From: an uncultured delta proteobacterium
Lineage (GTDB): Bacteria; Desulfobacterota; Binatia; UBA9968
NCBI GenBank assembly: GCA_963755715.1
Contig: CAVWLW010000065.1
Coordinates: forward strand, 5,766 to 69,765
Direction: 5' to 3'
Length of the DNA stretch: 64,000 bases
Part shown: positions 30,416 to 43,154 of the stretch, piece after piece
How positions within the stretch are numbered: the first letter of the stretch is position 1
Layout of the letters: each line of letters starts with the position of its first letter
The notes under the pieces: model-generated
The model's input: the letters and a program-made list of their open reading frames with translations, nothing else
The model's database searches: none
What the model was told of the DNA's origin: nothing
Position numbers and translations under genes: made by a program

Positions 30416-31078
30416 CTAACTCAATGGCGATTCGGCGTAGTGGTCGAGTAAATCGGCGGGATCGCGGTACACAACGACGCAACCCGCCTGGCGCAATTCT
30501 GCTTCTTGCCAGCCGCCGCAGAGTAAACCGACGGTGGTTAGATTTACCTTGGCCGCCGCCTCGACATCGTAAGGCGTGTCGCCGACGACCATGACTTCTT
30601 TGGCTGCTATCCCAGCCAACTTCTTCAGCGCTGCTTCAAAGATATCCGCATGGGGTTTGGATCGCTCGGCATCGTCGGACGAGGTTTCAGCGTCGACCAG
30701 ATCATCGATCCGTGCGATTTTCTTGTAACTAGCGAGCTCATCTTCCTTAGCCGAAGACGCGAGCGCGATGCGCTTGCCGCCGTGTCGGATCCGCTCGAAA
30801 AGCTCGCGCACTTTTGGGAATGCTACGACGCGCGGCATATATTGTTTTTTAAAAAGCGCGCCACGATACTTGTCCAATATGGCGCCGAACTCATCGAGCT
30901 CACGCTTGGAGAAAAAAACCGGCAGCAACTGATCGGCGCCTTTGCCGATCTGTCTGCGTAGTGCCTCCAGGTCGACTTCTTTGCCGAATTTCTTGAACGC
31001 TTCTTGCCATGCTTCGGCGTGTAGATCCACCGAATCGACAATCGTTCCATCGACATCGAATACGACTGCTTTGATCAT
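30416..31078 (-). CDS. HAD-superfamily hydrolase
   Basis: 220 aa. Motif I VVFDVDGTIVDS, motif IV VVGDTPYDVEAA. Confidence 0.85.
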   Translation of the reverse strand: MIKAVVFDVDGTIVDSVDLHAEAWQEAFKKFGKEVDLEALRRQIGKGADQLLPVFFSKRELDEFGAILDKYRGALFKKQYMPRVVAFPKVRELFERIRHGGKRIALASSAKEDELASYKKIARIDDLVDAETSSDDAERSKPHADIFEAALKKLAGIAAKEVMVVGDTPYDVEAAAKVNLTTVGLLCGGWQEAELRQAGCVVVYRDPADLLDHYAESPLS

Positions 31079-31176
31079 ATTTCTTGTTCCTCAGCGGAAT
31101 GAGAGAGCAAACGATAGACCAAACGCCGCGGTGTGAGTCGGGTGTGGCATTCGAATTGCTGTCCCGCATCATCATC

Positions 31177-31686
31177 ATGATTCGAAAGCTATTGAGGGCT
31201 CTAGTCCGACGACCTACGGTAGGGGGCATTGTTTTTCTTGCAGCCATGCTGTCGGCAAATGCCATCACGAGCGCGGAACCTGTCGGGAAAAATCCCGACA
31301 ATCATGAGTCGCTTTCGAAGATTGTCGAAAGCCTCAAGTCGGCCTGGAATAAAAATGATGCGGATCGCATCGCCGAACTTTTTCTTCCCGATGCAATTTT
31401 GGTGTTGCCCACCGGCTCTGTCACCCGCTCCCGTTCCGAAATCAGGCAGCGCGTTATCGCCGAATGGCGCGGTAAGTTGAAAGACTCTCAATTGAGCTAT
31501 GCCGTGGAAGATGTTTCCCTGCTGGATAACGATACCGCGGTTGTCACCGGAAAGTATCGGTTAAGCGGAGTGAAGATCCTTGGCTTTGATCAAGCGCCGG
31601 AAGGACCTTTCATCTTCCGCCACAAGAAACAGCGCGGTCGCTGGATGATCTCGAAAGCGGAGATTCTTGGCCATAAGGCGAAATAG
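31177..31686 (+). CDS. Secreted SnoaL-like/DUF4440 (NTF2-fold) protein
   Basis: ATG 31177 gives signal MIRKLLRALVRRPTVGGIVFLAAMLSANA, then WNKNDADRIAELFLPDAILV...AVVTGKYRL...RGRWMISKAEI. The ORF track starts earlier, at 31084. Confidence 0.6.
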   Translation: MIRKLLRALVRRPTVGGIVFLAAMLSANAITSAEPVGKNPDNHESLSKIVESLKSAWNKNDADRIAELFLPDAILVLPTGSVTRSRSEIRQRVIAEWRGKLKDSQLSYAVEDVSLLDNDTAVVTGKYRLSGVKILGFDQAPEGPFIFRHKKQRGRWMISKAEILGHKAK

Positions 31687-31719
31687 ACATAGATCGAGGT
31701 CCAAAGAGATAAACACAGG

Positions 31720-32014
31720 TTGGTGAAAATCAAAGCCCTGAAGAATTGGCCACCTCAGGAGTGGAGATCTGAGGCGCAGACTCTCGCCCCGGAAAATGCC
31801 CTCGATGCCGCGGACGTGAGCGCCTCGGTTGAAGTAAACCAGCCCGGCGTGCTTATTTTATCCGTCACCCATAATGACCATTCGTTACGGCGCTTCACTT
31901 TCCCTTCTGGCGCAACTTGCGACTAAGGTCGCGCTCATCATCAGCGGCGTCAGCCCAAACAAGCCGCTGCGGGAAATCGGCGAGCTGGAAATGGATTCCG
32001 AGTTGTCCCAATAA
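31720..32014 (+). CDS. Hypothetical small protein, possibly frame-disrupted
   Basis: ORF 31720-31926. Its +1 frame continues LLAQLATKVALIISGVSPNKPLREIGELEMDSELSQ* to 32014. No family recognised. Confidence 0.25.
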
Positions 32015-32083
32015 TTCCCTACGCTCTAGCAAGGTCCGGGCGTTTAGGTATCATCGAGCAATCCTAGGAAAAGGGGGCGAGAC

Positions 32084-33043
<960 letters not shown>

Positions 33044-33099
33044 GGAATCTCGCACCAAGGTCGATATTCGTTCAGGCAACACAACATTCTCTCGTGAAT

Positions 33100-34431
33100 C
33101 TAGCGTGCCGCCTGGGTTCGGCCGATTTTCTGGCAATTTTCCAATTCCCGGAGTTTTTTTGTTAGAAACGTTTGTTCCGACTCGATCGTGACCAGCTCCA
33201 GGGCTTGACGAAAATAATTGGCCGCAGCCTCGCGATTGTCCAGACGCGTTTCGAACTCACCCAGAGTCGCATAGAGCAGATAATAAGAGTTCAACTGCTC
33301 CCGTTTGTGGATCGCTTCGATCGCTTCGATGCCGGTTCGCGGACCGTGAACGGCGGCCACGGCCACGGCGCGATTGAGCGCCACCACGGGAGAATCGTCG
33401 ATCTCGATCAAGCGGTCGTAGAGCGACAGGATACGCGGCCAATCCGTGGATTCGTAATCCTGCGCCGCGCAGTGGCAGGCGGTGATGGCGGCTTGAAGAT
33501 GATACTCGCTGGCTTCGTCGCCGGCGGTAGATTGCATCAGGTGATAGAAGCCGCGCGCGATCAACGACTGATCCCATTGTGAGCGGTTCTGCTCCTCGAG
33601 GCGAAGAATGTTTCCTTCGGCGTCCACTCGCGCCGGCAGGCGCGCGCCGTTCAAGAGCATCAGCGCCAGGAGCGCGTGCGAACGCGGTTGATTACCCGCG
33701 GGGTGTTCGGCTACCAACGCTGTCAGCCGTATCGCTTCATGACAAAGTTCGGCCCGGATCAAATGCTCGCCGCCTGAAGCTTTGTAACCTTCGTTGAAAA
33801 GTAGGTAAAGCGTTTGCAGCACGCCGTCCAAGCGCCGGGTCAGTTCTTCCCCGCTAGGAATTTCGAAAGCAATGCGCGCGTCACGGATTTTTTGCTTCGC
33901 CCGCGTCAACCGCTTGGCGATCGCCGCTTCAGAGGTGAGAAACGCCCGCGCGATTTCTCCGGGACTGAAACCGCAAAGGGTTTTGAGCGCGAGCGCGACC
34001 TGCATCTCCTGCGGAATGAGCGAATGGCAACACGTAAACATCATGCGCAAGCGGTCGTCTTTGATTTGATTTTCGGCAGTCGTGGAGCCTTCGTCGGTGG
34101 CGTCTTCGGAGACTTGCTCCATTAAGTGGGCGATTTCGGCTTCCTTGTTGCGGAAAACTTTATCGCGCCGGATGAGATCGAGGGCCAGATTTTTTGCCAC
34201 CTGGGTGATCCAAGCGGAAGGATTTCTCGGGATGCCGTAGTAGGGCCAAGTCTGTAACGCCCGCGCCAACGTTTCTTGCACCACGTCCTCGGCACGGTTC
34301 AGGTGCTCGATTCCGAAAATCCGCGTCAAGGTCGAGATTATCTTTCCCGCCTCGTGACGGAAAAAATGCTCCACCACCTGAGTAACTTCCCCAGGTGGCG
34401 CAACCGGAGCCGTGGTTTCAGAAATCGTCAT
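33100..34431 (-). CDS. ECF sigma factor with C-terminal TPR-like extension (COG4941 / ECF42-type), sigma-1
   Basis: 443 aa. Region 2 (AEDVVQETLARALQTWP...NPSAWITQVAKNLALD). MFTCCHSLIPQEMQVALALKTLCGFSPGEIARAF region 4. About 230-aa helical C-terminal extension. Paralogue of 54798-56072. Confidence 0.85.
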   Translation of the reverse strand: MTISETTAPVAPPGEVTQVVEHFFRHEAGKIISTLTRIFGIEHLNRAEDVVQETLARALQTWPYYGIPRNPSAWITQVAKNLALDLIRRDKVFRNKEAEIAHLMEQVSEDATDEGSTTAENQIKDDRLRMMFTCCHSLIPQEMQVALALKTLCGFSPGEIARAFLTSEAAIAKRLTRAKQKIRDARIAFEIPSGEELTRRLDGVLQTLYLLFNEGYKASGGEHLIRAELCHEAIRLTALVAEHPAGNQPRSHALLALMLLNGARLPARVDAEGNILRLEEQNRSQWDQSLIARGFYHLMQSTAGDEASEYHLQAAITACHCAAQDYESTDWPRILSLYDRLIEIDDSPVVALNRAVAVAAVHGPRTGIEAIEAIHKREQLNSYYLLYATLGEFETRLDNREAAANYFRQALELVTIESEQTFLTKKLRELENCQKIGRTQAAR

Positions 34432-34488
34432 TGTCGAAGATCGGTTTCGCGAACGCGTTTGTAGACGATGTTAGAATTTGTTCCTATT

Positions 34489-34668
34489 TTATTCTTGCTC
34501 GTATGCTCGCTTTAGACCTGCTATGTCGAGTTTATTCATTTGCATCATGGCGTTCATGACTCTTGTCGATTTGCCTGGATCCTTGTCGTGTAACAAAAAT
34601 AGAGGTTAAAAATTCGCCGCCTCTTCGGCTTTGCCATCGAACCACAAGAATGGGGTGATTTTCTGCAT
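34489..34668 (-). pseudogene. Internally deleted remnant of a PhnB-like VOC gene
   Basis: [20 protein letters not shown] is identical over 20 aa to the N-terminus of 50828-51301, with synonymous nucleotide differences. It is followed in another frame by [32 protein letters not shown], which matches that protein's C-terminus. About 100 codons are missing. Confidence 0.8.
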
Positions 34669-34695
34669 AACTTTTTAATCCTGCTGACCGGAAGA

Positions 34696-35103
34696 TTATG
34701 CGCTTGCCCGCGCCGGTTGCGCGTTGCTCGGGCTCAGCGCTAGCGGACATTCAGGAGCGACGGGTCGCACTTCCACCGACGCGCCGTAGTTCAGGCCGGG
34801 AAAGTTCTTGGCAATCTCCGTGGCTTCGTCCAAACTGCCGACTTCCAGCAAGAAAAAGCCGCCGATCGCTTCCTTGGATTCGGCAAACGGACCGTCAGCG
34901 ACTGAGCGACCCTTCTTCTGGGAAACAACTTTGCCCTCTGGAAAGAGAGGTTTGCCGACTTTGGCCTTGCCCTCTGCGGTCAAGCGGTCAAGCCAGGCGT
35001 ACATTTGTTTCACAACCTCCTGAATCTCTTCCGGGGAAAGGCCCTTGTGCCAATCTGTGCCACGGAATAGCAAGATGTATTCTGATTTTGCCGGTGCGCT
35101 CAT
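34696..35103 (-). CDS. YCII-related (DGPF) domain protein
   Basis: 135 aa. YILLFRG...ADGPFAESKEAIGGFFLLEV..LDEATEIAKNFPG. Confidence 0.85.
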   Translation of the reverse strand: MSAPAKSEYILLFRGTDWHKGLSPEEIQEVVKQMYAWLDRLTAEGKAKVGKPLFPEGKVVSQKKGRSVADGPFAESKEAIGGFFLLEVGSLDEATEIAKNFPGLNYGASVEVRPVAPECPLALSPSNAQPARASA

Positions 35104-35147
35104 ATAGATCTCCTTATCAAGTAATGGTTTTTATTGGCCTACAACAA

Positions 35148-35177
35148 TACGACGAACGGGCAAGCGGCTGCAGGACA
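35148..35177 (-). promoter_or_regulatory. ECF-type promoter candidate A1 (TGTCCT-N17-CGTCGTA)
   Basis: Minus-strand read: GTGTCCTGCAGCCGCTTGCCCGTTCGTCGTATTG. The -10 lies 45 nt upstream of the YCII ATG at 35103, heading the YCII-remnant-sigma-1 operon. Confidence 0.6.
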
Positions 35178-35208
35178 CTCTATTAATTTTTTTTGGAACT
35201 TTTACCGA

Positions 35209-35784
35209 TCATTTGCCGAGCTTCATCGCTTTGGGGCGCGCCAGGAGACGATCCACGTAAGCCTCCAGCTTGGGCCGGTCCGGCGGTTTGCCCCACATTC
35301 GCTTCCAAATAAACATAGAGCCGATCATGATGTCAGCAGCGGTGAACCAGTCGCCGAACAGGTAAGGTCCGTTGCCCAGTTCGCTTTCGATCACGTCCTT
35401 GGCCGCTTCGAACTCCGTCCAGCCGCGTTGGGGCAACGTTTGTACATTCAACAAAGCGTCGCCCATGGCGGGCTCGAGTTGCGCGGTCGAGTAGACCATC
35501 AACGAGAGGTAGCGGCCGCGTTCCGGCGCGTCGATTTTGGGCGCGAGGTTGGCTTGCGAAAACTTGTCGCCGAGATACAGGCAGATCGCCGTGCCCTCGA
35601 AGATCTTCGAGTCGCCATCGACAAGCGCAGGTAGCTTGCCAGCCGGGTTGATCTTAAGAAACTCCGGCGTCTTGTGTTCACGCTTTGTGAAGTCGATGGG
35701 AACGATCTCATATTCTGCGCCGCACTCGTCAAGCATCCACTTGGCGATTACAGCCCGGCTCTGAGGATTGTAGTAAAGCTTCAT
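35209..35784 (-). CDS. Glutathione S-transferase
   Basis: ATG 35784 (MKLYYNPQSRA). PEFLKINPAGKLPALVDGD thioredoxin-like N-domain plus helical C-domain. The ORF track extends to 35859. Confidence 0.85.
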   Translation of the reverse strand: MKLYYNPQSRAVIAKWMLDECGAEYEIVPIDFTKREHKTPEFLKINPAGKLPALVDGDSKIFEGTAICLYLGDKFSQANLAPKIDAPERGRYLSLMVYSTAQLEPAMGDALLNVQTLPQRGWTEFEAAKDVIESELGNGPYLFGDWFTAADIMIGSMFIWKRMWGKPPDRPKLEAYVDRLLARPKAMKLGK

Positions 35785-35998
35785 CGCAGCACCTCTTAAT
35801 TCAAGAACAAGAGTGGGATGGAAAGAGTTCAGTCTGTGAAAGAAGCGCGCGAAAATCAACCCATCACTGAAAACTTAATCTTGCGAAAAGTCTTTCGGTG
35901 AATTGCGAGTCTCCGGTATGTGGTTTCTCGAGCAACGCCGGCTTATCGCTGTGTGTTCTGAAAGCCGGAGAAGGAGAGATGGCTGCTTCTTCGCGCGC

Positions 35999-36772
35999 TT
36001 AGTTCTTTAGCCTATACCCCGTCTTGAAAATCCAGCCCACTATCGCCAGGCAGATCACGAAAAATCCCAGCGTCATCGCCAGAGCTAACTGCCACGCTCA
36101 CGTCGGACGATTCGTAGAAGCTCCAGCGGAATCCGCTGATGAGATAGACGACCGGATTGAACAGCGCGACCGTGCGCCACCCCGGCGGCAGCATATCAAT
36201 CGAATAAAAGGCGCCCCCTAAAAAGGTCAGCGGCGTCACGATCAGCATGGGGATGAACTGCAACTGCTCGAAGCCTTTCGCCCAAATGCCGATGATGAAG
36301 CCGAACAAGCTGAAAGTCGTCGCCGTTAGCACCAGGAATGCGATCATCCAGAATGGATGCAGAATTTTGATCGGCACGAACAGTGACGCCGTGGCCAGAA
36401 TGATCAGTCCCAGAGTGATCGACTTGGTCGCCGCGGCGCCGACGTAGGCGAGGACGATTTCTAGATACGACACGGGCGCGGACAAGAGTTCGTAGATCGT
36501 GCCGGTGAACTTCGGGAAATGGATGCCGAATGAGGCATTGAAAATGCTTTGGGTGAACAATGACAGCATGACCAGCCCCGGCACGATGAAGGCGCCGTAG
36601 ACGACGCCATCGACCTCGGTCATGCGCGAGCCGATCGCGGCGCCGAAGACCACGAAATAAAGCGAGGTTGTGATCACGGGCGTCACGAGACTCTGCCAGA
36701 GCGTGCGTAGGGCACGCGCCATCTCGAATTTGTAAATCGCCCAGACGCCGTACCTGTTGAATGCCAACGAGC

Positions 36773-36776
<4 letters not shown>
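35999..36776 (-). pseudogene. ABC-2 type exporter permease, C-terminal frame disruption
   Basis: 254-aa ORF is ABC-2-like to ...[14 protein letters not shown]. The +1 frame restores a final TM helix [29 protein letters not shown] with stop at 35999-36001. Shift near 36088-36095. Confidence 0.75.
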
Positions 36777-37699
<923 letters not shown>

Positions 37700-38043
37700 C
37701 GCGCGGTTTTGGCGAGATTGCAAAACGGCTCGCGCGCCGGACGCGCCTGCCGTTTGTTCGTGCCTTCCAGCACCACCCAGTGGTAACATTATAGACAACG
37801 CAATGACTCCCGACCGAAAGCTTCATCGCATCACCTCTCATAGAGAACAGGAAATGCAATTTATATTAGTCTGTGGGAGAAACTTGCCTAAATCAACTCC
37901 AGCGCTGATCTTCGTTTGTCTTTACAGCTTCAACGCGCAGCTTTATCATCGCTAACTGATACGCAGCATTAGAACAAAAGCCGATCCGTATCTTTAAAAT
38001 ATTTAACCTTGCGCTTTCTAAAAGCGAGAAAAGGAGATCCACG

Positions 38044-38808
38044 ATGACATTGAACCATTCGATTCACGCGCTGATGGTTGGCATGAGTGAAAACTGGTGG
38101 CGTGCGGGGATCATGCCTTGCGTGCGGAGCGATTTGGAACGGGACAAACCGGTGGCTTATATTTTTTGGCTCGTCGAAGGTCCCAACGGCCCGGTGGTTG
38201 TCGACACCGGATATCATCCCGACTACGTCGCGCCGGAATGGGCTAAAGGGAAAAATTTTATCGATGCGCCGACTCTGCTCCGAGAGCTAGGCGTCAAAGC
38301 GGAGGAGATCAAGACCGTCATCGTCACGCATTTTCATCAAGATCATTTTACCGGCTTCGATTATTTTCCCGGCGCCAAATTCGTCATGCAGCGCGCCGAG
38401 CTGGATTTTTGGACCGGACCGCTCATGCGCCACGAGATCTTCGACAGGCAAATCCGTCCCAAAGTGCGCCCAGCGCTGGAACGATTGAGGCAAGAAGGGC
38501 GGATCGAATTAATCGACGGAGACGTCGAGCTTTATCCGGGACTGGAGCTTCTCAAGGCCGGGGGGCACACACCTGGATCGCAGATGGTGGCGCTGCAAAC
38601 GGCAGCGGGCAAGGCCGTCCTCTGCGGCGACATCGCGTACACTTATAAAAATGTTCGCGATCGTCACCCGGTGGGTTGGTATTACGATTTGGGCAATACT
38701 GTGGTTGCGCTCGAACGCGCTCTTTCCACCGCCACTCGGCCTGATCTCGCTTTTCCTAACCATGATACGGAAGTCATGGAAGGTAAGCGCGTCGTCCGCG
38801 TTGTCTGA
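38044..38808 (+). CDS. MBL-fold metallo-hydrolase (lactonase-like)
   Basis: 254 aa. VIVTHFHQDHFTG (HxHxDH) and later GGHTPGS. Confidence 0.85.
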   Translation: MTLNHSIHALMVGMSENWWRAGIMPCVRSDLERDKPVAYIFWLVEGPNGPVVVDTGYHPDYVAPEWAKGKNFIDAPTLLRELGVKAEEIKTVIVTHFHQDHFTGFDYFPGAKFVMQRAELDFWTGPLMRHEIFDRQIRPKVRPALERLRQEGRIELIDGDVELYPGLELLKAGGHTPGSQMVALQTAAGKAVLCGDIAYTYKNVRDRHPVGWYYDLGNTVVALERALSTATRPDLAFPNHDTEVMEGKRVVRVV

Positions 38809-38975
38809 CGAAGTCCCTGGCAGTGGCTGAGGATATCAAGAATTTACGAAACGGCACCTTCCTTGTGTAGATTTTTTGGTTTGTTAGTAGTTTTGAGCTA
38901 TGGTTGCTGGTGCTCATGGTTGTGACGCCATTTTAAGCTTAAAGTTCAACGGCTCGTCGAAAAACGAGAAGAAAA

Positions 38976-40611
38976 ATGACAGAAAAAATACTTGTCGTGC
39001 AAGGTGGAAAACTGATCGACGGCACCGGCCGGGCGCCCGTCGAGAATTCCATCATCGTGATCCAGGCAGGCAGGTTCCAAACAGTCGGCAGGAGCGCCGA
39101 AGTCTCTATTCCCGCCGACGCTGAGGTCATTGATGCCAGGGGCAAGACCGTCCTGCCTGGCTTCATCGATGGTCATGGCCACTTGGAGGATTTTCACGGC
39201 GAGCTTTATCTCCATTTAGGAATTACTACCTGCGCCAATATCGAACTGTACCAAGACGGCCCGTGGACGCGAGCGCAAAAACAGGGAACCGCTCTGGGAA
39301 AAATTCGCGGTCCACGGATTTGGATGTCGGGCCGGGCGATCGGCGGCGTCAGCACCGGACATGACGCTTTCGGCTCGCGGACCGCGCGCGATAACATCAT
39401 CGTCACGACGCCGGAAGAAGTGCGCCGAGCAGTGCAGCGCAAAAAGGAACTTGGCTGCGATATCCTCAAGGTCAATGAATTTCTCTCCATGGACTTGGTG
39501 AAGGTTGCTTGCGACGAAGCTCATCGGCTCGGTATGCCCGTCGCCGCGCACAGTTGGGATGTGGTCGGCTCCGCCAATGCGGGCGTTGACGCCATCGAGC
39601 ATATCTGGTCGGTAGGTTACAGCTCCATTCCCTACGCTCCCGCCAGGCGCAAACTCGCCGAGGATCGACTCGGCGGCGTCATCGATCAAGAGCTCGCCGG
39701 CGCTTACTATCAGACGGAAAATTACGACGCGGTGATCGGCGCGATGGTGGAACACCAGGTCGCGTGGACTCCGACCATTGCCAAATGGCTGCGGCCGCTT
39801 TCGTCGAACGCCGAACGCTTTCAGAAAAAGAGAAAACGAGATCTTGAACGATCCCAATGCCGATCTTCCTGCGGCGGTGCGCGCGGTCACCGACAATTCT
39901 TATGACAAGTTGTTCAAGCGCTACACGCCTGCGCAGCGCGATCAAGCCAAAGTCGGTTATGAAAAAGCCAAGGAATTTATCCGGCGCTTCGTCGAAGCAG
40001 GCGGCATTCTGAAAGAAGGCTCGGACCCGCCGCGCGGTATGGCGGCCTTGTTGATGCATCAGGCGCTGGCGATGGACGTGGAGGCCGGCGTGCCGCCGAT
40101 GACCGCGATCCAAGCGGCTACGCTCAACGTCGCGAAGACTTTCAAGAAGGACAAAGACTACGGCAGCGTCGAGGTCGGCAAGGTCGCGGATCTTTCCATC
40201 GTCGAAGGTGATCCGCTGCAAGACATCTGGCTGACGCAAAACGTTAAGATGGTCATCATGGACGGCAAGGTCATCGATAGCGGATTTACGAAATACAAGA
40301 ATCCGATCGCGTCATTCTATTCCTACCAGAGCTTGCCGCTGGATCTGGAAATAGCGCCGCTGTTTCTCATCGAGGGCTCCGGTCCGACGACATTGAAGGT
40401 GCGGGGGCAGGGCGGCATGTGGCCATTCCACCATGTAATGCTGAACGGCGAGCCGCTGCCGACGAGCTTTGTCTCGAAGGACGAGCTTAAGGCGACCATT
40501 CCACCCGAGGCAATTGCAAAGGCGGGCACGTACGTCGTCACGCTCAAGTGCGAAGGGGAAGCGTTCCCCGAGTCCCATCGCGCCCATCTCGTGGTGGGGT
40601 TTAAGCCATAG
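38976..40611 (+). pseudogene. Amidohydrolase-family protein, frame-disrupted
   Basis: ORF 38976-39905 (VLPGFIDGHGHL metal motif) and ORF 39778-40611 join as ...RPLSSNAERF.KRENEILNDPNADLPAAVR at the A5 run near 39822-39830. Confidence 0.8.
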
Positions 40612-40708
40612 CATTTGTGTTGTCGGTAAATTCTATGACTCGGTGATCTCTGAAGGCTGCACTCGCCTCCTTACGCGCGAACTACGTCTTGAGCAAGGTT
40701 GCTGCTGG

Positions 40709-41926
40709 TTATCTTCGGGCTTTTCGGCTTGACGCTGACAGCAGTCCGATGGCCGCGATGATACATATGGCGGCGGACACTGCCAGCGTGTGGTCGATGC
40801 CGATGATCGCGGCAGCGCTGCCGATCGCGAGCCCTCCAAGCGACCATAATCCGATGTCCATGAAGAACAGACTCAGAACTCGGCCGAGCAAATGCGGCGG
40901 CGTTTCCACTTGAATCGCGGTATTCGAAGCGGCGCGACCGGCGACTTGGCAACCGCCAACCAGAGCCAGGAACACCAAGGACAAGAAAAAGGAGTGTGAG
41001 AAGGTAAATAAGCCGAGGAAAAGGCCGAAGCCGGTCACGCAACAGCAGATCCAGAAAATCCCCGGGCGAAAGCTCCGCGTGGAGGCGAGGGACAAAGCCG
41101 AAACGATGGCGCCGGCTCCCGGAGCGGACATTAGAAGCCCGAACCCGGTTGGTCCGACATGCAAGATATTGGTCGCGAACATCGGGATGAATCGCGAATA
41201 GGGCGCGCCCACGAGCGCAACGATATAAGAAAGCGAAACAATCGAAAAAATCCGGCGGTTGTTGCGCAGATAACCGTAGCCCTCTTTGATTTCTTTCCAT
41301 ACGCCCTGCTTATGGGTCGGCGCTTCCCAGCGCGGCAATTTCATTAGATAGAGATTCCAGATGAGGGCCACGAAGCTAAGAGCATTGAGAAAAAAGCATC
41401 CAGATATCCCGAGGAACGCAATAATGGCTCCTCCCACGGAAGGGCCCAAAATCTTCGAGAGATTGAAGAAAGACGATTGAAGTCCGATGGCATTGAGCAA
41501 TTCTTCTTTGGGAACCATGCCGTTAACCAGCGACTGGCGCACGGTTTGATTGATCGTGTCGATACAGCCCAAAAAAAACGCCAAGACCGCGATGTGCCAA
41601 AAGAGAATGACTTTGAAATACACGGCGAAGCAATAGACGATTGCTTGAACCATCGCCAAGCTTTGAGTGATGATCAGCACTCGCCTGCGGTCGAAGCGAT
41701 CCGAAATGGCTCCGCCGATGGCGCCGAGAAATAATCGCGGCACGGTATCGAAAAAACTTACCAAGCCAAGCAAAAAGGGCGAATGCGTAAGCTGCCATAC
41801 GAGCCAGCTTTGGGCGATGCTCTGCATGAAGTCCCCGGAGGTCGAAATAACATTGCCCTCCACGAGCAGGCGAAAATTTCGATGTCTGAGGGAGCGAAAA
41901 GTTGAGAAATCGTAGATGCTGCGCAT
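40709..41926 (-). CDS. MFS transporter (EntS/MFS_3-like)
   Basis: 405 aa, 12 predicted TM segments. GAISDRFDRRRVLIITQ loop motif. Confidence 0.85.
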   Translation of the reverse strand: MRSIYDFSTFRSLRHRNFRLLVEGNVISTSGDFMQSIAQSWLVWQLTHSPFLLGLVSFFDTVPRLFLGAIGGAISDRFDRRRVLIITQSLAMVQAIVYCFAVYFKVILFWHIAVLAFFLGCIDTINQTVRQSLVNGMVPKEELLNAIGLQSSFFNLSKILGPSVGGAIIAFLGISGCFFLNALSFVALIWNLYLMKLPRWEAPTHKQGVWKEIKEGYGYLRNNRRIFSIVSLSYIVALVGAPYSRFIPMFATNILHVGPTGFGLLMSAPGAGAIVSALSLASTRSFRPGIFWICCCVTGFGLFLGLFTFSHSFFLSLVFLALVGGCQVAGRAASNTAIQVETPPHLLGRVLSLFFMDIGLWSLGGLAIGSAAAIIGIDHTLAVSAAICIIAAIGLLSASSRKARR

Positions 41927-42061
41927 TACGTGCCGAGTTGTCTGAAGACTTTCAAATTCAGTGTGACGGTAAAAGGGGCAGAAAGCAAAGACCGGCTGAC
42001 TCGCGGTCTGATAAAAACGCTTTTGCGCTAAAACTCTAAAGTCCGAATACCCACGCCACCG

Positions 42062-42466
42062 CTACTCCACGATCTCATCATAGCCTCGCCCAAGGAACTG
42101 GACGAAGCAGAACCCGTGGCCGAAGGGATCGGCCATGAGAGCGAGCTTGCCCCACTTGTGCGTGGCGATGGGCTGCTCTAGCTGCGCTCCAGCCGATAGA
42201 GCTCTCTGAACCGCCGGTTCGATTTCATCGACCACAAAATCAAGATGGACCGGCGTCCAATGGCGCTGGTAACTTCGACGCTGTGAGGTTGTTTCTGAAG
42301 CGAGTGTGCCAGGTATTTTGACGAGCAGGTAGATTGGCGCCGAACTTCCGAGCATCTCTACTCCAAGGGCTCCGAAGCGACGGCCGACCTTTAACCCAAA
42401 CGTATCTCCGTAAAAGCGGACTGCTTTATCGAGATCGTCAACGTCCAGATTTATCAAAAGATCCAT
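42062..42466 (-). CDS. VOC/glyoxalase family protein
   Basis: ATG 42466 (MDLLINLDVDDLDKAVRFYGDTFGLKV) ... ADPFGHGFCFVQ. Confidence 0.75.
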   Translation of the reverse strand: MDLLINLDVDDLDKAVRFYGDTFGLKVGRRFGALGVEMLGSSAPIYLLVKIPGTLASETTSQRRSYQRHWTPVHLDFVVDEIEPAVQRALSAGAQLEQPIATHKWGKLALMADPFGHGFCFVQFLGRGYDEIVE

Positions 42467-42537
42467 GACATATATTCGCGTCCTCACCTAGAGTTGGCAT
42501 AGAAGGCTCGTTCTTTCCCCGTCAGGCCGATAAAAAC

Positions 42538-42628
42538 CGGCATCCAGAAAGGGCGTATGCCATACGCCCCTACCTAAAATCCTGGATTCCGGGTCGCGCT
42601 AGCTATCGCCAGCTTGCCCGGAATGACG
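42538..42628 (+). repeat. Degenerate copy D of the palindromic repeat family
   Basis: ccggcatccag, palindrome gggcgtatgccatacgccc, then cctggattccggg...cccggaatgac. Confidence 0.55.
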
Positions 42629-42750
42629 CCCGTCCAGCAAACTTCTGAAGTTCCCCATGAACCGCCGCCGGTCATCCGCGGCAACGAAGGAATCGGCGTC
42701 GCTTGATTTCACAACGACCGTCCGTCGAAGTGTTGGAGTGGGAACGCTTT

Positions 42751-43128
42751 CTAGGTCGATTCCTCGAGCACGGACAAGATATTGCCGGCGGGATCTTTGA
42801 ACCACGCGATCAATGGTCCGCCACCGCGAAAGATTCCCTTCTCATCTGTTTTGAGCTCACCCTCATAGCGTTCGAAGCGCACACCTTTCTTTGTTAGCTG
42901 GTCCACGGCTTCCTCAATATTGCCGACCGGGAAATTGAGAATAGTGAAACTTGCCGGAGCGTGGTTTGGCTTGGGGTAGACGAGCACCTTAGTGCCGCCC
43001 GCGAAGTGCAGGTTCAATAGCCCATGAGTTTCAGAAACCTCCAACCCGAGTGTTTTGCCGTAAAACTCCTTCGCCTTTTGGATGTCGTTTACCGAGAAAC
43101 CACTAAATGCTTTAGTGTCTTTGAACAT
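42751..43128 (-). CDS. VOC/glyoxalase family protein
   Basis: ATG 43128 with ggaggt RBS ([31 protein letters not shown]) ... [13 protein letters not shown]. The ORF-track extension to 43296 overlaps the GFA gene. Confidence 0.8.
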   Translation of the reverse strand: MFKDTKAFSGFSVNDIQKAKEFYGKTLGLEVSETHGLLNLHFAGGTKVLVYPKPNHAPASFTILNFPVGNIEEAVDQLTKKGVRFERYEGELKTDEKGIFRGGGPLIAWFKDPAGNILSVLEEST

Positions 43129-43154
43129 AGCATTACCTCCGTGTGTCGCCGATT

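Noticed and set aside
34532-34750. 72-aa minus-strand ORF between sigma-1 and the YCII gene
   Set aside because: It is an out-of-frame read through the PhnB-like remnant and overlaps the YCII gene end. It is explained by the remnant.
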